From contig CAWJTV010000019.1 of assembly GCA_963845755.1 (NCBI GenBank), positions 1 to 64,000 on the forward strand: 64,000 nt of DNA. The letters run 5' to 3'. The notes under the pieces were generated by a model, which worked only from the letters and a program-made list of their open reading frames with translations, ran no database searches and was not told the DNA's origin. The DNA comes from an uncultured Planctomycetota bacterium (GTDB taxonomy: Bacteria > Planctomycetota > Planctomycetia > Isosphaerales > Isosphaeraceae). Positions within the stretch are counted from its first letter, which is position 1; each line of letters opens with the position of its first letter. Of the stretch, positions 30,285-42,026 are shown piece after piece. Both the position numbers and the translations under genes were made by a program.

Positions 30285-31222
30285 GAGACCCTAAAAAAAC
30301 CCAGTAATCGGCCCGTCAACTGCTCTCAATCTTGAGAGGAGTCCACTACCCCTTTGGCCTGTCGGAAAGGGTCTCATCATGGCCAAGCCTTTGCTCCCGG
30401 ACAAACTCTGGGACTTGATCCAACCCCTGATCCCGCCTCATCCCCCTGGGCCCAAAGGCGGACGTCCCCCGCTGGACGATCGCAAAGTCCTCACCGGGAT
30501 CATCTTCATCCTCAAGACCGGCCTGCCTTGGGAGGACTTGCCCCAGGAGATGGGCTGTGGCTGCGGCATGACCGGTTGGAATCGCTTGCGCGACTGGCAG
30601 GCCGCCGGCATCTGGGACCAGATCCACCCGATCTTGTTGGCCCACCTCCGTCAGGCCGACGGGATCGACTTCGAGCGGTTCATCGTGGACACGGGTCACG
30701 TCCGCGCCGTGGGTGGGGGTGAAGAAACCGGCCCCAGCCCCGTCGATCGCTCGAAATTGGGGAGCAAACACGCCATCGTCACCGACGGCCAAGGCGTGCC
30801 CTTGGTCACCGATACGATCCCGGCGAACACGCCGGATGCCAACTTGACCGTGCCGTTGGTGGATGCCGTTCCCCCCATCGCCGGCCAGCCGGGCCACCCC
30901 CGCCAACGACCGGACCATGCGATGGGCGACCGGGGTTTTGACGACGAAGAGCAACGGCAGGAGTTGCGCGACCGGGGGATCGACCCGGAGTTGGCCAAGC
31001 GGCGGACGCCCCACGGGAGTGGCCTGGGTGTGTATCGCTGGGTGGTTGAGCGAACCCTCAGTTGGTTTCACCAGTTTCGCCGCCTGCGTGTGCGTTATGA
31101 TCGTCGCGGTGACATCCACCAAGGGCTCAGCAATCTGGCCCAGATCCTCATCACGTTCCGGTTCCTTGAGCGGTACGGGGTAACTTAGAGTACACCGATT
31201 GGCTGGGTTCATTTAGGCGCTC
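30285..31222 (+). mobile_element. IS5-family insertion sequence
   Basis: IRs GAGACCCTAAAAAAACCCAG / CTGGGTTCATTTAGGCGCTC; TTA TSD at 30282-30284 and 31223-31225. Confidence 0.92.
30379..31188 (+). CDS. IS5 transposase
   Basis: GGRPPLDDRKVL, TGLPWEDLP, VDTG, GDRGFD, RWVVERT. Confidence 0.92.
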   Translation: MAKPLLPDKLWDLIQPLIPPHPPGPKGGRPPLDDRKVLTGIIFILKTGLPWEDLPQEMGCGCGMTGWNRLRDWQAAGIWDQIHPILLAHLRQADGIDFERFIVDTGHVRAVGGGEETGPSPVDRSKLGSKHAIVTDGQGVPLVTDTIPANTPDANLTVPLVDAVPPIAGQPGHPRQRPDHAMGDRGFDDEEQRQELRDRGIDPELAKRRTPHGSGLGVYRWVVERTLSWFHQFRRLRVRYDRRGDIHQGLSNLAQILITFRFLERYGVT

Positions 31223-31435
31223 TTAACTACAGACGGGCTATGTGGCAAGCCAGAGAAATGCTCGAAGAATTGCCCCTGTGCAATCGCCTGATCAGGAACC
31301 TCCATGAAACCTTGCTCGCCGGAGTTCGTGGCCATGATAAGGCGCGTGGTAAATTTCGGAAGATCCAGAATTACATCGGCGCCTATGGTGTCTCCATTGA
31401 TAAGGCTCGATTCATCCCCGTTGTCCCCGAACAAG

Positions 31436-31688
31436 GAGTGCGTCCGGTGAACCACATCTTCAAAGCGGTTCACGGGCGTGAGATGATGTTCGGGGCACCG
31501 TCTTGATTCTTTCACTGTGCTCGGCGCACGCGATCATCCCGCTCGCGCCGGGCCGAGACGAACTTGGGGCGGGACAAACCTTGAGGGCGCGCGCAATCGC
31601 CCCGCGCTCGTCCGGGGTGACGAGGAGCGCGGGGCTCGGGTGCGGTCACTCAGTCCCGTCGGCGCCGGCCTGGTGCAACTCCTGCCAG
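31436..31688. repeat. tandem duplication of the IS66 right terminus (~253 bp)
   Basis: GAGTGCGTCCGGTGAACCACATC... starts at both 31436 and 31689. Confidence 0.85.
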
Positions 31689-31900
31689 GAGTGCGTCCGG
31701 TGAACCACATCTTCAAAGCGGTTCACGGGCGTGAGATGATGTTCGGGGCACCGTCTTGATTCTTTCACTGTGCTCGGCGCACGCGATCATCCCGCGCTCG
31801 CGCCGGGCCGAGACGAACTTGGGGCGGGACAAACCTTGAGGGGCGGGCGCAATCGCCCCCGCTCGTCCGGGGTGACGAGGAGCGCGGGGCTCGGGTGCGG

Positions 31901-33474
31901 TCACTCAGTCCCGTCGGCGCCGGCCTGGTGCAACTCCTGCCAGCGGTCCGGCAGCAGTTCGTCGATCCGCTTCGCCGGGTGCGTGCTGATCCGATCGAGC
32001 CCATCGCGGAGGTAAGCCTGGGGGTCGATCCCCAGATTCTTGCAGGTCGTGCACAAGCTCATCAACACGGCCGCCGTCTGGCCTCCCTGGTCGCTCCCCG
32101 CGAATAACCAGTTCTTCCGTCCCAGCGCCACGGGCTTGAACGCGCGCGCGCACGCACCGTTGTCCAGTTCGAGGAACCCGGCCTCCAACGGACGCTTCAG
32201 GGCCTCCCAATGGTTCAAGGCATACTGGATCGCTTCGCCGATCGGACTCTTGGGCAGAACCTTGGGCTGCTCGGCTTCCAGCCAGGCGTGAAACTTGTCG
32301 AAGATCGAACGCGATCGCTCGTTTCGCAGTTCGTGCCGGAACGCGACGAAGGCCTCGTAGTCCGCGGTCTCGCGCTTCTTGGCGTCGCGTTCGACGTCGT
32401 AGAGCAGGCTGATCCATGCCAGCGCCGATGGGACCGTTGCGGGTTGACGGTCCGCGCCTCGTAGAACTTCCGTCGCGCGTGCATCATGCAGCCGACCTCG
32501 ATAATCTCGCCCGACTTGTACAGGCCGTCGTAGGCCGAATAGGCGTCGGCCTGGAGATAACCCTGGAAGTCCTTGAAGATCTCCCGGGGCCCGGTGGCGC
32601 TGCGGTCCGGCGTGTAGCGATAGACCACGTAAGGATGGCCGCGGTCGCCGACGGAGACCCAGAGCCGGCCGGTCTTGATCCCCTTGCCGTCGTGGTCCTG
32701 CACCGGCACCGTCGTGTCGTCGTTCTGGACGACCCTGGAGCTGAGGATCTTCTTCAGCATCAGATCGACGATCGGCTTGAGCAGATCGGCGATCGTGGCC
32801 ATCCAGTCGCACATCGTTGACCGCGACAACTCGACGCCCGAGCGATCGAGGATTCCCTCGAGGCGATAGAGCGGCAAGTGATCGGCATATTTGCTGACGG
32901 CGACGTAAGCCAGCAGCCCCGGGCCTGGCAGGCCCTTGTCGATCGGCTCGGGGAGCACGTCGGCGATCACGACGTTGGCCTGGCAGTCCTGGCAAGCGTA
33001 CTTGGGGCGGATGGGTTCGAGGATGACCAGGCGGGCGGGGATGAATTCGAGTTGCTCGCGGACTTCCCGGCCGATGCAGGTGCGCTCGGCGCCGCAGTCG
33101 GGGCAAGTGCGTTGTTCGGGCGGGACGTCGTGCAAGACCGGCACTCGGGGCAGGCTCGCCGGCAACGGCTTGCGTCCGTGGCCCTTCTTCTGGGCCGCAC
33201 TCGGAGCGGGCGTCGGGGCCGGGGCCGGCTCCGGGGTCGGGGCGGGTGTCGGCGCCGCCTCGGCCTGCTCCAGGATCTCCCGGGCGAAGAGCAAGAGCTG
33301 GGCCGGGTCGATCCGCTCCCCTTTGGGACCGTAGCGCTGGCGGAGGAGCTGCTCGAGCTGGTGCTGGAGCTTCTCGTTGAGATGGACCTGCTGGGCGAGC
33401 GACTTGAGCAGCTCACGGATGAGCTGATGGGCCGCCTCCAGGTCGTCCGGGAGTGGGTCCGCGAGGGTGATCAT
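31901..33474 (-). CDS. tnpC: IS66 transposase TnpC, copy 2 (frameshift near 32425)
   Basis: Near-identical to 11410-12985. Confidence 0.92.
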
Positions 33475-33513
33475 ACCCTATACTACGTTGACGGGTGCTC
33501 GATTGTTGGCGCA

Positions 33514-36488
33514 TTATGCTCCTGTCGGTAGATTATTCTCCGAATTTCGAAGGGGAGTGGCGGGCCGCGAGTAGCGGACGCGCCGTCGGGCCTTGTCCAG
33601 ATCGATGCCGGCCAGGAGGGCGGCGAGTTCGGCGGTGGTCATCTCGACGCGATCGGCCGCCGCGTCCGGGATGCGGAAGGTGCCGCGTTCGAGCCTCTTG
33701 ATGCTGGCATCACAGGACCCTCGTTCTTGTGGCGTTACACAAATCCTGAGACGTTGGGCTACTGCCGCCACAAATCGGCGGCCTCTCTTGCTACCGGTCG
33801 GGACGGTCCTTGGGAACGACCAACTCAGGGTGCCGGGCGGCGATCCAGGAGTTCTTTCGTCTGGCCAGTTGTCGCAGGCGACGAACCTCGTCCTTGTCGG
33901 CCCACACGATCAGATGCTTTCCCGAAGGCGTACGCCGCGAATGGACCCAACCCTGCTTGATCCAATAATGGACCTTCTGGGCGATGACGCCGAGTTTCCC
34001 GGCCAAGTCGGGGATCCACCACTCGTCCTGGCCGACGAGGTCGTCGCGGAACAGTTCTCCGACCAGCCCAAGTTCACGGACCAACGCCCCGATCGTTCCC
34101 GCCGTGAACACGCCGCGACGGCGCGGCGGGACGAAGCCCTCGGCATTGAGCCGCGCGGCGATCTGCGACAGGTGAAGTCCTTCTCGATGGAGTTGCTTGA
34201 TTCGTTCCGTGAGGCGTCGAAAATCCTTCAATTGCTCATACCTGCCGACTGGCCTCGCGACCTGCTGTTGGGTTGTCATGCCGCCGAGCCAAACGATCGT
34301 TACCTCGTTGAGCTCAGTCGCCTTGTCGGCCACGACAATGACCCGCTCCACCGCGCAGCGCACGATCTGCTTGCGATCCATCGCCGACGTGCCTGGTGCG
34401 TGCCAGAGCGCGGCGACGCTCTCGGAGAGCGATCGAATCCGTTGGCGATCGGCGTCGTTCAGCGTCGCCGGCAGTCTCGTCAGGAACCGATGGTAATCCT
34501 CCTCCGTTTGACGCTGCTTCTTCAGCGCGTCCTCCCACCGCGCCTCGAGTGTCCGCGCCACGAGTCGGTTCTCGGGCTCCACGGCCTGATACTGCCGCTC
34601 GGCCCTCTCGACCTCCTGGCGTGCGCGTTCCAGAGTCTGACGCCAATGGTCGTGGAGCGCTTGCGCTCTCGCTCGGCGTTCTCGATCGCGCGTAGGCTCA
34701 GGTCCAGCGCAGCGGGCTCCAACGCGCGGAGCACTTCCTTCGCGACCAGGTCGTCCAGCGTCTTTGCCGAGATGCACCCGCACGGCTCGTCCAGGGCCAG
34801 CCGCCAATACTCGCCGCAGTGATAGCCGGGCTTCTTGTCGGCCTTGTATCGCGTCGTCATGTGGCGGCCGCATTTCCCACAGACGACCAGGCCGGGCAGC
34901 AAGGCCTCGCCGCGTTTGGGCACGCCCCGCGTGTCGTGGAGCGATCGATTCTGTTTGAGGCGTTCCTGATTCGCGAGATAGCGATCCCAGCTAATGTACG
35001 CTGGGAGCCGATCCGGCAGGAACACGGCCAACTCCTCGGGCGGCACGAACCACTTGCCGCCTTCGGCTCGACCCGTCGTGGGATTCTTCGTCCCCGCGCG
35101 ATGTAGGCCATAAGCGTATGCCCCCGCATAGATGGGGTGTCGCAAGATCGACAGGACTCGACTGGGAGAGGCTGGCTTCCACTCCAGCTCCCCAATGCGC
35201 CCACCGCGATGACGGCGAAATCCCAGTTGCAGGTTGTTCACGACCAGGTAACGGAAGACCGCGTAGGCGGAACCGAGTTCCTCGAACTTCTCGAACACCA
35301 ACTGAATCATTCCACGCGCCTGCTCGTCAGGCTCTTGAATGATCTCGCCCGTGGCCGTCTTGAGGTATCCCAGCGGAACGGCCAGGAACAGCTCGCCGCG
35401 CTCCGCTTTGTTCCGACTGCCTCGAAGCAAACGATTGTACATAGTAATCAATTCGTATTCGCTCATTGCGCTTTTCATGCCAAGGAGGAGACGATCGTTA
35501 CTGTCCAAGGCATCGTAGACGCCATCTTGATCGCATAGCAGGGTGCGAAAGATGCCGCAGACGTCGATAAGACGATGCCATTCGGTATTCGACCGCGACA
35601 CCCTGCTAAGCTCCAACCCCAGCACGATCCCCACGTGGTTCAAGCTCACTTCCGTCATCAACCGCTGGAAGCCCGTGCGATGGTCGGTCAACTTGCCGCC
35701 GTGGCCCTGATCCTCGTCGATGATCACCACCCGCTCTGCGGGCCAACCGAGCCGTTGCGCGAACTGCGCCAGAGCATACTGCCGTTCGCGAGACTCGCGG
35801 TTCTCGAGGACTTGCTGCGGCGTTGACTGCCGCACGTACACGATCGCGAGTCGATCGAGATGCCGATCGCCAATCTTCGAGCTCGACCTCTGGCCGAAGG
35901 TGGAGGTCGATGGAGTCTCGTCGATTGATCTGTCCGTGCGATTGACGGCCCGTGCATCACGAGATTTCATCGCGCACCTCCTGAGCGGTGCGAGGCGCGC
36001 CGAGTTGTCGAGTCACGATGTCGCTGAGGGTGAGCAGCGTTCGTTGACGCTGCTCGTCCGTCAGTCGGCTCCAGAGTTGGTCCAGCACCGACGGCCGAAC
36101 GACCGACGTGCGCGGGGGGAGCAACGAGTCCGGCGTCTCGCGACATGGGGCACCTCCTTGGATCACGGGGTGTTGAGCTTCGATCCATTCCGCCAGCCGC
36201 ATCAGGCCGGCCAGCGCGATTATGGGGGTGTCCGACGATTCCTGTAAAGTCGAGAGGATGGGGGCAGTCTTACTCGTACTTCTTGGCCCAGACGGCCAGG
36301 CCATCGCGATCCCAGTACAGGATCTTGATGCGGTCGCGGCGCTTGTTGACGAAGACGAAGAGATGACCGGAGAGGGGATCTAGCGCCAGGCTGCCTGATG
36401 CCAGGGCGGCCAGGCCGTCAAAGCTCTTGCGCATGTCGGCCGGCTGTTTGGCGAGATAGACGCGGACCGCGGCGCTCAGTCCGAACAT
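33514..36488 (-). pseudogene. tnpB: IS66 TnpB copy 2, split by the recombinase element
   Basis: Same junctions as copy 1 (TCTTG at 33696-33700 and 36281-36285). Confidence 0.9.
33791..35970 (-). CDS. Large serine recombinase, copy 2
   Basis: Near-identical to 8911-11093; 1-bp indel near 34660. Confidence 0.9.
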
Positions 36489-36841
36489 GGGCGTCCCTCC
36501 ACGACCGCGATGAGATGGCGGAGGGTCAGGGGGTCGAATCCGGGGGCGACGGCGATCCGACGTCCGTTGGAGAGGATGAGTTCGAGGTGGGGTCCCGAGG
36601 CGGCGCTCGGCGGGATGGGATCGGGAAGGATAGTGACCGGGAGGAAATGGCGGTCGGCACTGGCGAAAGGACGATCGTCGCTGGGAGTGCGATCGGCCGG
36701 GGCGGGCTGGTAGAGATGCTTTCGGAAGGAGTGAAGCGAGATTTGGCGAAGGCGGCAGAACTCGGCTTGAGTCAGACCGCTCCTGCGGAAATCGTTGAGG
36801 AGGGCATTCCATCGTAGATCGATGGTTCGGCTTCGAGACAC
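36476..36841 (-). CDS. tnpA: IS66 TnpA, copy 2
   Basis: Same translation as 8039-8404. Confidence 0.85.
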   Translation of the reverse strand: MSRSRTIDLRWNALLNDFRRSGLTQAEFCRLRQISLHSFRKHLYQPAPADRTPSDDRPFASADRHFLPVTILPDPIPPSAASGPHLELILSNGRRIAVAPGFDPLTLRHLIAVVEGRPCSD

Positions 36842-37752
36842 GGCGTGATCTCCCTGACGGGACCACTGGCCCCGACAGCACTATCATCGCGGGGAGTCAC
36901 GCCGCTTTGTAGATGCACTTCACCGGACGGACACCGAACAAGTTGAGGACGGGATGAGTCATTGGGAGAAGTTTCTTCATGCCCCCATGCCAGATGTGCT
37001 CGTTCAACTCGCCATCGTCCATGCAGAGTTCGAATCACTTCACCCATTCTTGGATGGAAATGGTCGCATTGGCAGAATCGTCATTCCTTTGTTTCTATAT
37101 GCAAGAAACCAATTGCATGCGCCTATGTTTTACCCGAGCGAGCACCTAGAAGCCAATCGACAGGAATATTGCGACCGCTTGCTAGCCGTGTCACGGGACG
37201 ACGATTGGACTGGCTGGTGCTGTTTCTTCCTCGACGCCCTGATCCAACAAGCACGCCAAAACGCAAACAAGACCCGCAAGATCTTGGACCTCTATGAGTC
37301 GCGAAAAGACCAGATTCCCTCCGTCACGCGCTCACCCCATGCCATCAAGGCTCTGGATTTTATCTTTAAGACTCCGGTCTTCAACGCGAAGACATTTGTC
37401 AATGAGTCGCGTATACCGGCTCCCACGGCTCGCCGAATTCTCAACGTGTTGGCCGATAGAAAGTTGCTAAGAACGATCCGCCAGGCTAGCGGCGCCGTCC
37501 CGCAATCTACGCGTTCTCTGAACTGCTGAATATTACCGAGGGGAGGACGATCATTTGATGCTCGATTTTGGGAGGCCAAAACGCTTTGACGCTCATAAAG
37601 TCCCAAAAGTGAGCGTCAATAAAACTTGCCGCGCATGACTGAGCGTCAACAGAGACCAGCAGGGTGCTACATCAGCGCACTAGGCTTGCCGGGTTCCCTT
37701 GTTTTTATCCATCCTGCGTTCTTTGACATCCCGCACGCATCGCACGGGCGGT

Positions 37753-39146
37753 CAGGGCTTACGCACCAGCCTGGGATATCTGAGTGTTCTGGGAAAGAGC
37801 ATCTCGCCTCGATCCTACAGTCCGGCTGGTCGGGAAACGGACGTCTTTTGTACCATCGATCGCCAGGATAACTCGATCTTTTCAGGGACGTCCACACCAT
37901 GACCGTCAGCTCGGATTCGGCCTCCGCTACTCCCGCCCAAGACCCGATCTCACTCCTCGATCATTTCGCCGACTTGCCCGATCCCCGCCGCGAACAGGGG
38001 CGAATCCACCGACTCGATGAGATCATTTTCATCGCCACCTGCGCCGTGTTCTGCGGCGCCGACAACTGGGTGCAGATCGCCGATTATGCCCACTCCAAGA
38101 GCGACTGGCTCGAGACCTTCCTCGAATTGCCCGGCGGCATCCCCTCGCACGACACCTTTCGACGGGTCTTCTGCCTGCTCGACCCGCTGGCCTTTCAGAA
38201 GGGCTTCTCCTCCTGGATGACGGCGCTGATGGAGCGAACGGGATTGACCCCCGTCGCCACCGATTCGCCCGAGCTGACGCCGATCGCCATCGACGGTAAG
38301 GCCCAACGCGGCGCGGCGCGGCGCACCGTCGGCCGCTCGGCCCTGCATGTCGTCAGCGCCTGGGCGGTCGTGAACCATTTGACCTTGGGGCAAGTGGCCA
38401 CCGACGCCAAATCCAACGAAATTACGGCCATTCCCGACTTGCTCGCGATGCTGGACCTCAACGGGGCCGTGGTGACCATCGACGCCATGGGTTGTCAGAA
38501 AGACATCGCCGCCAAGATCATCGACGGGGGTGGCCATTACGAGCTCGCGGTCAAGGAGAACCAGCCGCACCTCTACGAGGACATCGCGCGGGCGTTCGAC
38601 GAGGCATTGGATCAGGGCGAGCCCGGGGTGGACTTCACTGAATGTCAGACGGAAGAGATCCGCAGCGGTCGCCAGGAGACCCGGAGTTGCTGTGTGATCA
38701 CCGAGCCGAAGGGGATCCGCAACCTGGGCCTTTGGGCCGGGCTGACGGCGATCGTGATGGTGATCAGCCATCGGGTGATCCATGGTGAGGCCAGCAGTGA
38801 GACCCGCTACTTCATCAGCAGCGCGTCCCAGCCGGCGACAGAGCACCTGCGTTGGGTGCGGGGTCATTGGGGGATCGAGAACTCGCTGCACTGGGTTCTG
38901 GACGTCTGTTTCTCTGAGGATGATCAACGGCACTGGGCCGGGAACAGCGCGGAGAACTTGGGATGGCTCCGCAAGATGGCTTTGTGCTTGCTCAAGGCGG
39001 AGAAGAACAGCAAGGGCAAGAGTATCGCGACGCGCCGCCTGGTTGCGGGCTGGAAGAATGACTATCTCTTGGATGTACTGGCCCAAATCCCCGAGAAATC
39101 AACTGTACTGGCCGAAAACCCCGAGAAATCTGGTGCGTAAGCCCTG
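37753..39146 (+). mobile_element. ISAs1-family insertion sequence (distinct from the first)
   Basis: Perfect 16-bp IR CAGGGCTTACGCACCA; 10-bp TSD CACGGGCGGT at 37743-37752 and 39147-39156. Confidence 0.95.
37899..39140 (+). CDS. ISAs1 transposase
   Basis: LPDPR, PSHDTF, AIDGK, KSNEITAIP, VTIDAMGCQ, HWGIENSLHWVLDV. Confidence 0.95.
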   Translation: MTVSSDSASATPAQDPISLLDHFADLPDPRREQGRIHRLDEIIFIATCAVFCGADNWVQIADYAHSKSDWLETFLELPGGIPSHDTFRRVFCLLDPLAFQKGFSSWMTALMERTGLTPVATDSPELTPIAIDGKAQRGAARRTVGRSALHVVSAWAVVNHLTLGQVATDAKSNEITAIPDLLAMLDLNGAVVTIDAMGCQKDIAAKIIDGGGHYELAVKENQPHLYEDIARAFDEALDQGEPGVDFTECQTEEIRSGRQETRSCCVITEPKGIRNLGLWAGLTAIVMVISHRVIHGEASSETRYFISSASQPATEHLRWVRGHWGIENSLHWVLDVCFSEDDQRHWAGNSAENLGWLRKMALCLLKAEKNSKGKSIATRRLVAGWKNDYLLDVLAQIPEKSTVLAENPEKSGA

Positions 39147-39352
39147 CACGGGCGGTATCCCCGGGATCGGTGATATAAACTGGTCTCGGGGATATTAGCC
39201 ATTGACGGGAACCGGTTGACTCGGTATCCCTATTATTCTCCCGGGAAGGGCGAAAACTCCCGTGATTCTTGCGGGAATTCGTGAGATTTGCAGGGGGAGG
39301 CGATTGCCCTAACTCGGTGCTGGTCCAAGGATTGGGACGAACGGAACGGCGT

Positions 39353-39427
39353 GGGCCGGAGTGCTCAGGTGGCTAGAGCGCACCCCTGATAAGGGTGAGG
39401 TCCGAGGTTCGAATCCTCGTGCGCCCA
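39353..39427 (+). tRNA. tRNA-Ile(GAT)-like sequence with a defective 5' acceptor strand
   Basis: GCTCAGGTGGCTAGAGC-G-CACCC CTGATAA GGGTG-AGGTC-CGAGG TTCGAAT CCTCG-TGCGCCC A. The 5' GGGCCGG pairs only partly with TGCGCCC. Confidence 0.75.
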
Positions 39428-39999
39428 TTGGACGCAAGTCCTTAGCCGAACACAACTTGAGTGTACTTGCCGGCGGTTGGTACTGCGGCCTGTAAGTTCG
39501 ATGGCGGTCGTACCGGTACTACCAAGTTCCTTCGAAAATCCTCTTCCGACGTACCGCCAATAGTAGCCCAGGAATCTCGCCATCGTTCGCATCGACGACC
39601 GCGACCATGACCTGGGGACGTTTAACTGTCCCGAGTCTCTTGCGATTGCGGGGCTGGTTCGTCGTTGCGGTCTTCATCGTCTTGGGCGCGGGCGCGTCGC
39701 GGGGCGCGGTCCCTTGCGAGTGAGCTTGAATCTCGGCGTCGTGGTGCACAGGATTCGGGACATCGCGGGCTCTCCAGAAGCTTGCGACCTGGCCGGTTGG
39801 GTGCTTACGGCGCCCGACCGGCCTTTCTTCTTGGGTCGAACGTCTCGGTAAAATAGAGATATTTTAATAAAACTGATTACCAATTTCACTTGGGAACTTA
39901 ACGAGAAGAACGTGTTGGTTACCATTGTCTGTCGGAACGTGATCCATTGGCGAACCGATCCCTTTGCGGCTACCCTGATAGGGTGGAGATCAAAGTCTT

Positions 40000-40233
40000 A
40001 TGGTTACCGACCTTCTGGACCCGCCAATGGCGACAGAGATGCCCAAGACGATGCCAGTCAAACTTTATTCGGACGTCGTCAACTCGTCGCGGCTTGTTTC
40101 GGCGATCCGCATCGAGCCGATCTCGGATATGATCCGCGACATATTGCGGCCGATCCTGGCGAAGATGGGGCAAGCGGAAATGGGCCGGCAAATGGGGACC
40201 GCGGCGCCGCAGCGAAAGGCGGGCGATAAGTGA
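40000..40233 (+). CDS. small hypothetical protein, possibly RHH-like
   Basis: PVKLYSDVV...ISDMIRDILRPIL; follows an AT-rich divergent intergenic region. Confidence 0.5.
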   Translation: MVTDLLDPPMATEMPKTMPVKLYSDVVNSSRLVSAIRIEPISDMIRDILRPILAKMGQAEMGRQMGTAAPQRKAGDK

Positions 40234-40634
40234 TCGACCGTGACCGAATCCGCGAGTTGGCCGAGAAGTTAACGTCCATGGGTTGTGCGCCGCCGCTCCA
40301 GGCGCCGACCGCACGAGAGGGTTTGCTCGAGTACCTGGAGCAGGTCGAGCCAGACGTCAATCTGATCGAGCAGATTGAAGCCAAGGTCATCGAGACGGCC
40401 GGTCGCTCGGGGCGGCTCGCGACGGCCGACAGGATCGGCAGGTATCGAGGGCTGCAAAAGCTCGCTGGAGAGCACCGTGCGCGACAAGACCGCGCCATCG
40501 GGGCTCTTGAGCAGGCCCGGATTCACGACCAGAGCGAACGGGCGCGGCGGCGGATCCGCGGGCGAAGAGCCGCCCGGGGCTGGCCAGCGAGGAACAGCGG
40601 GAGCTGTCCGATCGCCTGGCTCGGGTGCTGGTGA
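40230..40634 (+). CDS. hypothetical helical protein
   Basis: Adjacent to and co-oriented with the previous ORF. Confidence 0.45.
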   Translation: MIDRDRIRELAEKLTSMGCAPPLQAPTAREGLLEYLEQVEPDVNLIEQIEAKVIETAGRSGRLATADRIGRYRGLQKLAGEHRARQDRAIGALEQARIHDQSERARRRIRGRRAARGWPARNSGSCPIAWLGCW

Positions 40635-40918
40635 CGCTGGAGAGGTTCGTCTCAGGTTTCGCGAGGATTGGTAAACTCGAGCCTTGAATGTGGCGGAATG
40701 CACTGATGGCGCAGCGATGGCATCGTCTTAACGACATCGTAATAATGATGCACATGGCGCTATCATTTCGAGCCCGACCCGCCGGAGCGGGAATGATTTC
40801 TCGGCCGACCGCCTCGATGGCCGCGCGAGCAGGAATCGGCGGGCAGCAGGACGGACAACCGACTACGCGAGACCGGTAATCCCCATGCGTCCAGACAAGG
40901 AAAGGGGACCTTTACACC

Positions 40919-42026
40919 ATGACCGTTTCCAGGCTGAAGATCCCGGGCGCGGCTGCATTGGCCTGCGTTCTTGTGTTGGGCGGCATGCAGCCCTTCGGAG
41001 GCTCCGGCGCCGCCCGAGGAAGCCGGGAGCCGGCGCGGGGCGTACGGGATACCGCCGGTAGTCAGGCCACGCCGATCAACCCGATGGTCGAGCCCGCCCA
41101 GGCCGCTCGCAAACTCGCCGAGGCCATTCATGCGCCAACCCCCAGCTCGGCGCATCCCGAAGAAGGGTGAATCGGCTCAGCTCTACATGATGGACCTGGT
41201 CCAAGGAGGGACGACATTGGTTGCCGACGAGCCCGATCCGGGTCTCGATTTCTGCACGGCGTCGGGATGGTCGCATGACGGTACGCGGATCGTCTTTATC
41301 GCCAGGCCGTGGACTCGTCCTCAAGCATCGCAAATCAAGATGATCGAGGTTCGCGAAGGGCACCTGACGATCGCGGATCTTGGGGCGGGTACCTGCCCCA
41401 CCTTCTCCCCGGACGACAAGCGCATCGCGTTCTGGCTCGATCACGAAGCCGAGCCGGGGGCCGAGGTCGGTGTGTGGGTCATGCAGTCCGATGGGTCGGA
41501 ACGACGCCTGGTGGGGCAGGGCGGGGCTCCCTTGTGGTCTCCGGATGGGCGAGAATTCCTGTTGAACCAGGACTCCAAGCCTACCGTGTCCCTCGTGCTC
41601 AACCTCGAGAGCAAAGAGGACGGCCTGCTTGAACTCCCCGGACATCGGATCTTCTCGTGGCCGAGTTGGGCCGGCCCCGGGACGCTCGTATCGTCCATCG
41701 GCGCCCACGAAGAGGGCGACTCCGTCGTCCTCATCGACGTGAGCAAGCCGGCCAAGGCGAAGATCATTGCGGCCCTCTGGAGGAGGGATGAAGCCCTCGA
41801 CGCGGAGCCGCTCTGGCCCGTCTACTCGCCGGTCACCCGCCGTTGCATCTTCGTCGCGGCAGAGCCCAAGAAACGAACGCTCTATTCGGTCCGACGTGGC
41901 GAATCCCTGCGAGCGACACGACAGGAGCCCGAGGGATTCGATGACAGGCTCTCGGGTCTGTCGTTCTCGCCGGACGGTCGGTATCTCCTCTTCTGCGCCA
42001 ACCGGCCCGATCGGCGACTGAAATGA
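40919..42026 (+). CDS. secreted TolB/PD40 beta-propeller protein (frameshift in the N-terminal part)
   Basis: Signal-like start at 40919; repeats WSHDG, PTFSPDD, PLWSPDG, LSFSPDG. Confidence 0.8.

Larger units (their letters stand above)
31436..36934 (-). mobile_element. IS66-family element, copy 2 (inverted; duplicated right end)
   Basis: Same IRs as copy 1; TSD CGAACAAG at 31428-31435 and 36935-36942. Confidence 0.92.
29990..37558 (+). pseudogene. Fic family gene split by IS5 and IS66
   Basis: SSRIEGT...MEVL|NYRRAM...VPEQ|VEDGM...HPFLDGNGRIGR; both junctions rejoin in frame. Confidence 0.9.

Noticed and set aside
13199..31435. Segment already inverted, or moved as a composite transposon, between the IS66 copies
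   Set aside because: Each copy retains its own matching TSD pair, and the Fic halves flanking copy 2 are collinear.
39073..39130. ~27-bp tandem duplication at the ISAs1 transposase 3' end
   Set aside because: A small in-frame local duplication (VLAQIPEKS / VLAENPEKS) with no evident wider significance.
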